Assembly: GCA_035528115.1 (NCBI GenBank)
Contig: DATKZF010000001.1
Span: 226,312-266,694, forward strand
Source: Candidatus Bipolaricaulota bacterium
Lineage (GTDB): Bacteria > Patescibacteriota > Patescibacteriia > UBA11705 > DATKZF01
Length of the DNA stretch: 40,383 bases
Reading direction: 5' to 3'
The notes beneath the pieces were generated by a model that had not been told where the DNA came from, searched no databases, and was given only the letters and a program-made list of their open reading frames with translations. This document shows, one piece after another, positions 32,805 to 40,383 of the stretch (position 1 is its first letter; each line of letters starts with the position of its first letter). A program made the translations under genes and the position numbers.

Positions 32805-34613
32805 ATGCCAAAAATTAAGGATATACCAAAAATTGATCGCCCAAGAGAAAGGTTTCTAAAAAAAGGGGCTGACGCACTTTCAAAAAGTGATCTTTTGGCA
32901 ATTCTTTTGGGTAGCGGAATTAAGGGGAAAAATGTTAGGCAGCTTTCTGAGAATATCATTAAAAAATTTGGTAAAAACTTTTTGAATATAACCGTTGATG
33001 ATCTTTTGGAAATTTCAGGAATCGGACAAGCAAAAGCATTGCAAATCACTTCCGCGATTTCATTGGTAAAAAGATTTTACGACGAAAACAAAACCAACGA
33101 GATTGTTATAAAAAATTCTCAAGATATTTTATCCCTTACTTACGATTTAAGAGACAAGAAAAAAGAACATTTAGTTTGTCTTTATTTAAACGCACGAAAT
33201 ATTTTGTTGAGAAAAGAAGTTGTTAGTGTCGGTCTTTTAGATAAGGCATTATTACATCCGAGAGAAATTTTTTATCCTGCAACCGAGCTAAACGCCGCCA
33301 GCGTTATTTTGGTTCACAATCACCCTTCAGGCGATTCTTCACCAAGTGAAAAAGACAATCAAATTATTGAAAAAATCGTGCAGGCTGGCGAAATAATGGG
33401 GATACCAGTCATTGATTTTATTATTATTTCTCAAAACAATCATTGCAGTTTCTACGAGAAGTTAAATAAGCAAAAATCAAGTATCGATTATGTTGCAGAC
33501 GGAATACAAGGAACTCTTTTTGCGATGCTTGAAACTGAGCGACCAACCTATGAAATAACCGCCGAAAAAATCCAAGAAAATTATTTTTATATCCCACAAG
33601 TAAAAGAAAACCATCTTCAATTACACAATCGCAGATATATTGGCAACAAACACAAGTTAATTGAATGGATTTTTTCTATAATAAATAAAGAATGCAGTGG
33701 AAATTCTTTTGCGGATATTTTTGCAGGAACGGGTGTTGTATCCGCTGTTGCAACCAAACACTTCGAAAAAGTTTTATTAAACGACTTTCTCCATTCAAAT
33801 TACGCAATATATCGGGCTTTTTTTGGAAACGAGGCATGGGATAAAGTCAAAATCGATAACATTATTAAGAATTATAACAATATTTATGGCGATGACTTAG
33901 AAGAAAATTATTTTTCTAAAAATTTCGGTGGTAAATTTTTTAGTAAAAATTCAGCGAAAATCATCGGCTTTATTCGTGAAAATATAGAGGAAAACAGGAA
34001 AAACTTAACCGAAAGAGAATACTATATGTTGATCGCCTCATTGCTTTATACTGCCGATAAAATCGCCAACACAGTTGGACATTTTGACGCTTATTTCAAG
34101 AAGGAATTTGTAAATGATAGCTTTTTTATGAAACCGATTGATCCGATAGATACGCAAGAAATATCAATTTTTCAAGAAGATACAAACAATCTGGCAAAAA
34201 AAATAAATGCCGATGTCGTTTATATCGACCCACCCTACAACTCAAGACAATACAGCAGATTCTACCATGTGCTTGAAACATTAACTAAGTGGGATAAACC
34301 AATACTTTTTGGCGTAGCACTAAAACCAGAGCCAGAGAATATGAGCGACTACTGCCGAGCTAATGCCAAAGATAAATTTGCGGAACTCGTGAAAGACCTT
34401 GACGCTAAATATTTGGTTGTTTCATACAATAACACTTACGATTCAAAAAGTAATTCCTCAAAAAACAAAATCACGCTCCAAGAGATTGAACAGATTTTGC
34501 AGACAAAAGGACCAACCAAAGTTTTTGAAAAAAAATATAGACATTTTAATGCAGGCAATACAAATTTCAATAATCACAAGGAATACCTGTTTGTAACAAA
34601 ATCAAAGATATGA
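32805..34613 (+). CDS. Fusion protein: RadC-like JAB/MPN domain + N6-adenine DNA methyltransferase (D12/Dam class, M.FokI-like)
   Basis: Residues 1 to about 225 are RadC-like (DRPRERFLKKGADALSKSDLLAILLGSG, VHNHPSGDSSPSEKD). Residues from about 260 to 602 are methyltransferase (RYIGNKHKL, FADIFAGTGVV, VYIDPPYNSRQY). Confidence 0.8.
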   Translation: MPKIKDIPKIDRPRERFLKKGADALSKSDLLAILLGSGIKGKNVRQLSENIIKKFGKNFLNITVDDLLEISGIGQAKALQITSAISLVKRFYDENKTNEIVIKNSQDILSLTYDLRDKKKEHLVCLYLNARNILLRKEVVSVGLLDKALLHPREIFYPATELNAASVILVHNHPSGDSSPSEKDNQIIEKIVQAGEIMGIPVIDFIIISQNNHCSFYEKLNKQKSSIDYVADGIQGTLFAMLETERPTYEITAEKIQENYFYIPQVKENHLQLHNRRYIGNKHKLIEWIFSIINKECSGNSFADIFAGTGVVSAVATKHFEKVLLNDFLHSNYAIYRAFFGNEAWDKVKIDNIIKNYNNIYGDDLEENYFSKNFGGKFFSKNSAKIIGFIRENIEENRKNLTEREYYMLIASLLYTADKIANTVGHFDAYFKKEFVNDSFFMKPIDPIDTQEISIFQEDTNNLAKKINADVVYIDPPYNSRQYSRFYHVLETLTKWDKPILFGVALKPEPENMSDYCRANAKDKFAELVKDLDAKYLVVSYNNTYDSKSNSSKNKITLQEIEQILQTKGPTKVFEKKYRHFNAGNTNFNNHKEYLFVTKSKI

Positions 34614-35515
34614 CTACCAAGATAAGAAGATCCCCATTATTTTATGTCGGGGATAAATACAAACTGATGAAACAACTGGAAAATTTATTTCCTAAAGAAA
34701 TAAATAATTTTTACGAACCTTTTGTCGGCGGAGGTACGGTATTTTTGAATATTGAAGCAAAAAAGTATTTTCTCAATGACATAGACAAACACCTGATAAA
34801 TATTCAAAAACTTTTAATCGCCAGTTCAAAAAATCCAGAAAAGTTTTTCAAGGATGCCGAAAAAATAATCCACAAATATAAATTTTCGCATTCATATAAA
34901 AATGATATTGTCCCCGATTCGTTAAAAAAGGAGTTTAAAAAAACCTATTACGCAAGATTTAATAAGGAAGGTTACGATAAATTAAGAATGAGCGTAAATA
35001 ATTATCAAAAAAACGACCCCTTGATTTTATACATTTTGCTTATTTATGGATTTAATAGAATGTTAAGATTCAATGGCGGAGGAAAATTTAATTTACCTGT
35101 TGGCAATGTTGATTTTAATAAAAATGTTATAAACGCCTTAAACGGCTACTTTGATTTTGTACAAAATAAAAAAATATCTATAACATCAAAAGATTTTAAA
35201 AAGTTTTTTTCTGACAAAAAATATTCAAAAAACGATTTTGTATATTTAGACCCTCCATACTTAATATCCGCAAGCGAATATAATAAATTATGGAACAAGG
35301 AATTAGAAGCTGATTTATTAAAAATGATCGATGTCTTAGACAAAAAAGGCGTTAAATTTGCCTTATCAAATGTTACTCACTATAACGGGAGTAAAAATGA
35401 TTTATTATTGGAATGGATGAAAAAATACAAGGTACACAAAATTGAAAGCAATTATATTAATTATCATAACAACGGCAAAAAGATAATTAAAGAAGTTTTG
35501 ATTACTAACTATTAA
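34610..35515 (+). CDS. N6-adenine DNA methyltransferase (Dam/D12 class)
   Basis: 301 aa. Contains YVGDKYKL, EPFVGGGTVFLN and VYLDPPYLIS. An ATGA overlap couples it to the upstream methyltransferase. Confidence 0.85.
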   Translation: MTTKIRRSPLFYVGDKYKLMKQLENLFPKEINNFYEPFVGGGTVFLNIEAKKYFLNDIDKHLINIQKLLIASSKNPEKFFKDAEKIIHKYKFSHSYKNDIVPDSLKKEFKKTYYARFNKEGYDKLRMSVNNYQKNDPLILYILLIYGFNRMLRFNGGGKFNLPVGNVDFNKNVINALNGYFDFVQNKKISITSKDFKKFFSDKKYSKNDFVYLDPPYLISASEYNKLWNKELEADLLKMIDVLDKKGVKFALSNVTHYNGSKNDLLLEWMKKYKVHKIESNYINYHNNGKKIIKEVLITNY

Positions 35516-35519
35516 AATT

Positions 35520-37037
35520 ATGACTAAACGACAATCTGAATACAAACCATTGCTATTTACAACAACAATGAGAAATCCTGAACGGTTGAAGGATTTTTTG
35601 ACCGTACTTGCGGAATATGACGGCGAAATTTTAACAAACGAAATTATTGATAAAGTCGCCAAATCCTTAATACAAAAAGGATTATACCAGCCCATGAAAG
35701 TATCTTCGGCCGTAAAAGATAAATGGAAAAATGAGATTGAATTAAGCGAAACTGAAACCGAAAAAGTATTTTCTGACAACCCTCAAAGCCACAAAGAAGC
35801 AGGGTTTGAAAAAGGATGGCCATCAAGATTCGATACTTGGTTTAAAATTGCCAAAGAACTTGGCTTCGTTTGGTATTGGCAAAATGAAGAAATAAAATTT
35901 TCCGAAAGCGGAAATATGTTATTAGACAAAGAAAAGCCAGAAAATGAGTTAATGGTTTTTGCCAATGCTTTTGCGAAATATCAACGCCAAAATCCATTTC
36001 GTCGCGTTTTAAATAAAAATGTTCCGCTTATTTTACTTATACAAACCATAAAACTTTTGAATAATGACCCAGCATACAAGGGGGCTGGTATATCCAGATC
36101 GGAAATACCATTGTTGTTGTGTTGGAAAAACGATAATGCTGAAAGTTTATATCGAGAAATTAAAAAATTACGCAAAAAACATGGTTATACACCGAGCAAC
36201 GAAGTGATTTTAGATATTTGCTACGAATTACTAAACGAAACAAAGAGAGATGATAATTCAATCCTCGGTGATTATCCTGACGATTTTATACGAAAAATGC
36301 GTTTAACTGGCTTACTTTCTTTGCGTGGCGGTGGTCGTTTCATAGATATAAACTCAAAAGAATCTGCAACTGTGGATTATATTTTGAAAAATTATATTTC
36401 CTACAAAGAATTTGAAACGGAAAAAGAATTTTTTGAATATATCGGACAAGTTGATCACGATTTAATCTCAACGCTTACCGTATTTGAAGCACCAGCAAAA
36501 ACCACAAAAGCAGAATTGGAAAAATGGGTTGATCATTATGCTTGGGATTCAATTAAAACCGAACTTCTTAATTTGGCACAGAAAAAATCTTCTAGCGATG
36601 ATATTTTGAAAATCATTGAACAACCTTTGCGATTGGAATTTTTAACTTCATTGGCAATTCTCAAAAAATTACCGAATGTTATTGTAAAACCTAACTTTAT
36701 ATCCGATGACGAAGGACTGCCAACAAGTTTTGCGTCTGGCGGAAGCCCTGACATTGAATGTTTAGAAGAAAAAGACACGGTTTTGATCGAAGTAACTTTA
36801 CTGACTGGAACGCAACAGCATATCAGAGAGTCGTTTTCTATACATCGACACCTTGAAGAATATGTAAAAAAAGGCACAAAATCATATTCCGTGTTTATCT
36901 CGCCAAAATCTTTTATTGATACCGAACGCTACTTTGATTTTATCAAAAAGGATGGTTTGGAAGTGAGGATCTCAAATATTGATAAATTTGTTAATAGCCT
37001 TGAAATGAAAACGACATTAAGCGAGGCAACCCTTTAA
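35520..37037 (+). CDS. AlwI-family (type IIS-like) restriction endonuclease
   Basis: 505 aa. The N-terminus LLFTTTMRNPERLKDFL, RKMRLTGLLSLRGGGRFIDIN and GGSPDIECLEEKDTVLIEVTLLTGTQQ resemble AlwI/N.BstNBI-family blocks (PD...EVT) as I recall them. Confidence 0.7.
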   Translation: MTKRQSEYKPLLFTTTMRNPERLKDFLTVLAEYDGEILTNEIIDKVAKSLIQKGLYQPMKVSSAVKDKWKNEIELSETETEKVFSDNPQSHKEAGFEKGWPSRFDTWFKIAKELGFVWYWQNEEIKFSESGNMLLDKEKPENELMVFANAFAKYQRQNPFRRVLNKNVPLILLIQTIKLLNNDPAYKGAGISRSEIPLLLCWKNDNAESLYREIKKLRKKHGYTPSNEVILDICYELLNETKRDDNSILGDYPDDFIRKMRLTGLLSLRGGGRFIDINSKESATVDYILKNYISYKEFETEKEFFEYIGQVDHDLISTLTVFEAPAKTTKAELEKWVDHYAWDSIKTELLNLAQKKSSSDDILKIIEQPLRLEFLTSLAILKKLPNVIVKPNFISDDEGLPTSFASGGSPDIECLEEKDTVLIEVTLLTGTQQHIRESFSIHRHLEEYVKKGTKSYSVFISPKSFIDTERYFDFIKKDGLEVRISNIDKFVNSLEMKTTLSEATL

Positions 37038-37049
37038 TTATTATTACCT

Positions 37050-38060
37050 ATGAAAAAAATTGATAAAAAAGAATTGAAAGAAATAATCCAAAGCGGACAT
37101 ATCAACCTGCTTATTGGTTCTGGCTGTTCACTCGATTATCTTACAACTCTCAAAGATATTGAAGATCGGATGAATAATGAAGAGACCAAAGGGCAGGCGC
37201 AAAAGGATTACTACAAATTAATAAAAAAATCCAAAGCCATCCTCGACGAATCGCTTGAAATTAATATTACCGAGAAAACAAAATTGACCAAAACAAAGCA
37301 AAACTATGATTCTTTTTTAGGATTTTGGGCTAACACAATTTCCAGTCGATTTTTGCATATCGTAAATAAGCAAGTGAATATTTTCACCACAAATTTCGAT
37401 ATGTTTATGGAGGATTCCTGTGAAAGGTTAGCTATTCCATACAATGATGGGTTTGCCGGTCAAATAAATCCGAATTTTAGTGTTGCAAACTTTAACAAAG
37501 TTCAGAGATATAAGAGTTTGCAGTTTGACAATACTTCAGACATTCCACTTTTTAACATTATCAAGCTACACGGATCAATTTCTTGGAAAGCAGAAAACGA
37601 AAAAATTGTTTATTCAAACGGAAAGCATATTGCCGATGACCTCGATGACAAAACAGGAAATGATTTTGATGACGAATATAAGAAGATTGCTGTTATCAAT
37701 CCAAATGCGGAAAAACACTTTGAGACTGTTCTTGATACAAACTATGCCTCAATGTTGCGGAAGTTTACTTTGGAATTAGAAAAAGAAAATAGTGTTTTAA
37801 TGCTGATTGGTTTTTCCTTAGCGGATAAACATATCAAAAATCTCTTGGATGGAGTGATGAAGTCTAACCCTACTTTAGTCGTCGTTTATTTCTCGTATTC
37901 TCAATACGACGAAACTGCTGACAAATTAAATGAAAAACAAAATTCAAATCTATACATAATTTCCCCAGAAGCAGATTTTTCTTTTGAGAAAACGACAGAT
38001 TATCTTTCTCAGATTTTTGTTAATTCTGATATTCCCGAACAAAATGAAGATGAAAATTAA
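37050..38060 (+). CDS. SIR2-like domain protein (SIR2_2 type), defence-associated
   Basis: 336 aa. Contains LLIGSGCSLDYL, IFTTNFDMFMED and IIKLHGSISW. Confidence 0.8.
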   Translation: MKKIDKKELKEIIQSGHINLLIGSGCSLDYLTTLKDIEDRMNNEETKGQAQKDYYKLIKKSKAILDESLEINITEKTKLTKTKQNYDSFLGFWANTISSRFLHIVNKQVNIFTTNFDMFMEDSCERLAIPYNDGFAGQINPNFSVANFNKVQRYKSLQFDNTSDIPLFNIIKLHGSISWKAENEKIVYSNGKHIADDLDDKTGNDFDDEYKKIAVINPNAEKHFETVLDTNYASMLRKFTLELEKENSVLMLIGFSLADKHIKNLLDGVMKSNPTLVVVYFSYSQYDETADKLNEKQNSNLYIISPEADFSFEKTTDYLSQIFVNSDIPEQNEDEN

Positions 38061-39951
38061 TTTCAATTTACAAGAACGATTAATGAATGATTCCGTTTTT
38101 ACAATCGGAAGCGTTTTTAGTGTAAAAGGAAAAGATATTATCGTTAAAGTTAATAAAGATAAAAATCTTCCGCATTTGTTTTTTAAGGGCAGAACTATTA
38201 AAAATGTATCTGTCGGACTGTCAAATTATGTAAAAATCCTCAAAGGATTTACCGAGATTATTTGTAAGGTTGAGGGTGAATATCTTGAAGAAGATAAATA
38301 CCAAAAGAACAAAAAGTACACAAACGAAAAGCAAAAGATAGATCGCTTCCTCAATGTTTCCGTTTTTGGTTTTTATGATAATGACAGGAAATTCCAACAC
38401 GGTATAAAAGAAATGCCACTTATCGGAAGTGAGTGTAAACTGCTTTCAAGAGATGAATTTGAAAAACTTCATCAGCTTTCTGGAAAAGATGAACTTTCTA
38501 TCCACCTTGGGTCTTTGATAGACGAAGAAACTCAAAATATTTTTATATCCGTTAAAAAACTGTTTGCTGGACACATTGGGATCTTTGGTAATACAGGTTC
38601 TGGAAAATCCAATACTCTTGCAAAAATGTACACAGAATTATTTAGGTTAGAATTAAATGATAATTTCAAGACTAAATCCAAGTTTGTTTTTATAGACTTC
38701 AATGGAGAGTACTCAAAAGATAGCGATGACGAAATTTTAACGAAAAATAAAATCGTTTATAAATTGAGAACAAAAGATAATACGGGAAAAAAATATCCCA
38801 TATTGAAAACAGAAATTGAAAAACTGGAACTTTTATCTATTTTACTCGATGCCACAGAGAAAACGCAGCAACCATTTTTACACAGAGCGATAGATAGTAG
38901 GGATTGGTTTGATACTGATAACGAAAATTTTCGCAAGGAAAGGGATAATTTATTGAGAAATCTAAAAATTATTCTAAATAAAAATGAACCGAATTTCAAT
39001 CAACCATTTTTGAAAAAATTTGTTGCTGATTTCAAGAGTATTGGTGTGCAAATGCTGAAAAAAGAATACGAGCAAGAGAAAAATATTGATGATATAACCT
39101 ATAACATAACCCAAAAGAGTTTTATGGTGAGCGGGAAGTATCATAATGATAGTATTACTGATACTAGCCGCCAAATAGATATTGCCAATGAGTATTTTGA
39201 TATAAAAATTGAATCATTTACAGATCTACAAAAAATCCAGTTTAAAATATTTGATCAGTATTATCATGAAATACTGAATGGGTATGCAAATCAAGAGCAC
39301 ATAAGCCCCCTAATTGGAAGATTGAAAAAGAGATTTGATATGTTGGATAAAGTTTTTGATATTAAAGACTCCATAACAGAAGAAGCTAATTCAAATATTC
39401 AGGTTGTTGACCTTAAAAATGTAAATTTAGAGATTAAAAAAGTCATTCCACTTTTAATCTGCAAAACAAATTACGACGAGCAGAAAAATAAAAGAGACAC
39501 TGATAAGGATAATTCGCTAAATATCATAATTGACGAAGCTCACAATATTCTCTCAGAAAACTCCAACAGAGAATCGGAATCTTGGAAAGATTATCGACTA
39601 GAAACATTTGAAGAAATAATAAAAGAAGGAAGAAAATTTGGTGTTTTTCTAACAGTCGCCAGTCAAAGACCGTCTGATATTTCGCCAACAATTATCTCCC
39701 AATTACACAATTATTTCATTCACAGGCTAATGAATGATAATGATTTGAAAGCGATAAACAAAGCTGTTAGCTATCTTGATAAACTTTCCTTTGATTCAAT
39801 CTCTAATCTTTCTGTGGGTTGTTGTTTTATTGCAGGACAAATGACTCAATTCCCGTTGTCAGTAAAGGTTAAATTGCTTGATGAGAATGAACGCCCACAG
39901 AGCGAAACTATTGACCTTGATAAATTATGGAAAAAACATGAAGATTCATAA
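38044..39951 (+). CDS. HerA/FtsK-like (DUF87) ATPase, partner of SIR2
   Basis: Walker A is GIFGNTGSGKSNTLAKM and Walker B is NIIIDEAHNIL. Also KEGRKFGVFLTVASQRPSDISPTIISQLHNYFIHRL. The track start is a TTG at 37984. I prefer the ATG at 38044 (or 38050), which overlaps the SIR2 stop. Confidence 0.82.
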   Translation: MKMKINFNLQERLMNDSVFTIGSVFSVKGKDIIVKVNKDKNLPHLFFKGRTIKNVSVGLSNYVKILKGFTEIICKVEGEYLEEDKYQKNKKYTNEKQKIDRFLNVSVFGFYDNDRKFQHGIKEMPLIGSECKLLSRDEFEKLHQLSGKDELSIHLGSLIDEETQNIFISVKKLFAGHIGIFGNTGSGKSNTLAKMYTELFRLELNDNFKTKSKFVFIDFNGEYSKDSDDEILTKNKIVYKLRTKDNTGKKYPILKTEIEKLELLSILLDATEKTQQPFLHRAIDSRDWFDTDNENFRKERDNLLRNLKIILNKNEPNFNQPFLKKFVADFKSIGVQMLKKEYEQEKNIDDITYNITQKSFMVSGKYHNDSITDTSRQIDIANEYFDIKIESFTDLQKIQFKIFDQYYHEILNGYANQEHISPLIGRLKKRFDMLDKVFDIKDSITEEANSNIQVVDLKNVNLEIKKVIPLLICKTNYDEQKNKRDTDKDNSLNIIIDEAHNILSENSNRESESWKDYRLETFEEIIKEGRKFGVFLTVASQRPSDISPTIISQLHNYFIHRLMNDNDLKAINKAVSYLDKLSFDSISNLSVGCCFIAGQMTQFPLSVKVKLLDENERPQSETIDLDKLWKKHEDS

Positions 39952-39957
39952 ACAAAT

Positions 39958-40010
39958 AAAAGGCAAAAATTCCCTCCCCTTAAACCCCTTCCTTTTTGCC
40001 TTTTATTTGA
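39958..40010 (+). terminator. Rho-independent terminator after the HerA gene
   Basis: 12-bp stem AAAAGGCAAAAA/TTTTTGCCTTTT with a 23-nt C-rich loop, followed by a T-run. Confidence 0.65.
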
Positions 40011-40023
40011 AGAGAATAAGGAG

Positions 40024-40072
40024 TTTTGGATTTTGGGCATTCACCCCTAACCCCTCTGCCCAAAATCCAAAA
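40024..40072. repeat. Perfect 16-bp hairpin with a C-rich loop
   Basis: TTTTGGATTTTGGGCA / TGCCCAAAATCCAAAA. The loop is ttcacccctaacccctc. Confidence 0.6.
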
Positions 40073-40133
40073 CAAAAAAAACAAAATTCAAATTCTTTTT
40101 TAGAGCAATCCCGATTGCTATCGGGATTAAAGT

Positions 40134-40254
40134 AAAACATGCACATCACATAACACGGCATATCTGGTTACGGCTTTTATATAAAAGCCTCCACCCATAT
40201 TTGCCTCCGCTACGCTACGGCAAACATCAGATATACCGAAACGTTATGTGAAAT
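40134..40254 (+). other. attC/dif-like folded site C (end of cassette 2)
   Basis: AAAACATGCACATCACATAAC (40134-40154). A stem pairs 40157-40166 with 40228-40237. Internal hairpins are at 40172-40189 and 40197-40227. It ends CGAAAC-GTTATGTGAAAT (40237-40254). Confidence 0.6.
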
Positions 40255-40296
40255 ATTTTTTAATTTTTTTGCTACCATAGAAAAAGACCGTCGGGG

Positions 40297-40383
40297 TTAC
40301 CAACGGTCCTGGGTTGAGGATCTGCTTGTAGTGTTATTCTTCTTCGGATTTGGAGTCCGTGGATGACCAAGGAAAATCATGAG
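40297..40383 (-). CDS. C-terminal end of an unknown ORF entering from the right edge
   Basis: The minus-strand frame reads ...LMIFLGHPRTPNPKKNNTTSRSSTQDRW*. The stop is embedded in the terminator GACCGT..ACGGTC + TTTTT. Too short to assign. Confidence 0.3.
   Translation of the reverse strand, partial: LMIFLGHPRTPNPKKNNTTSRSSTQDRW

Larger units (their letters stand above)
31055..40254 (+). mobile_element. Integron-like platform: divergent recombinase, primary site and at least two cassettes
   Basis: See the findings. Three related folded sites (A, B, C) share GAAAC..GTTA junctions, and their outer arms are circularly permuted relative to their partners. Confidence 0.6.

Overview
This is an AT-rich, tightly packed bacterial window using the standard genetic code (TGA is used as a stop). 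From 1 to 31888 every credible gene but one is on the minus strand; the exception is a possible 32-aa ORF at 28137-28235. The reduced housekeeping proteins and pilus genes suggest a Patescibacteria/CPR-like genome, which is an inference only.

Contents in order:
- A partial glycosyltransferase, pgeF/yfiH and a Wzx-like flippase.
- The ribosomal/RNAP cluster infA-rpmJ-rpsM-rpsK-rpsD-rpoA-rplQ-rplM-rpsI.
- A GC-rich orphan ORF next to a 204-bp inverted-repeat element.
- mutL, then a roughly 400-nt GC-rich structured RNA candidate with its own consensus promoter and terminator, then mutS.
- Two hypothetical genes downstream of alaS, each preceded by a degenerate copy of the alaS 3' end.
- A second GC-rich orphan ORF, then mnmA, a DD-carboxypeptidase, a lipoprotein, a pilin and PilM, a membrane protein, RNase HI, a fused spermidine-synthase-like protein, recJ and lepA.
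- A third GC-rich island of two ORFs, which abuts the 3' end of a tyrosine recombinase gene.

The main result is at 31055-40254. The recombinase is transcribed divergently from a plus-strand array of at least two gene cassettes. The cassettes are delimited by about 100-150-nt folded sites resembling attC and dif. The outer arm of each site is complementary to the first about 20 nt of its own cassette, which is the signature of cassettes that were once circles. Cassette 1 carries a 146-aa orphan. Cassette 2 (7.6 kb) carries a type IIS-like R-M system (a RadC-methyltransferase fusion, a second Dam-family methyltransferase and an AlwI-family endonuclease) plus a SIR2-HerA defence pair.

Other signals are a dispersed degenerate heptamer repeat (WTYCATG)n at four intergenic loci, a 102-nt block of perfect GC palindromes after mutS, an rpoA without an alpha-CTD, and an alaS without a C-Ala domain. 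I saw no rRNA, tRNA or CRISPR array.
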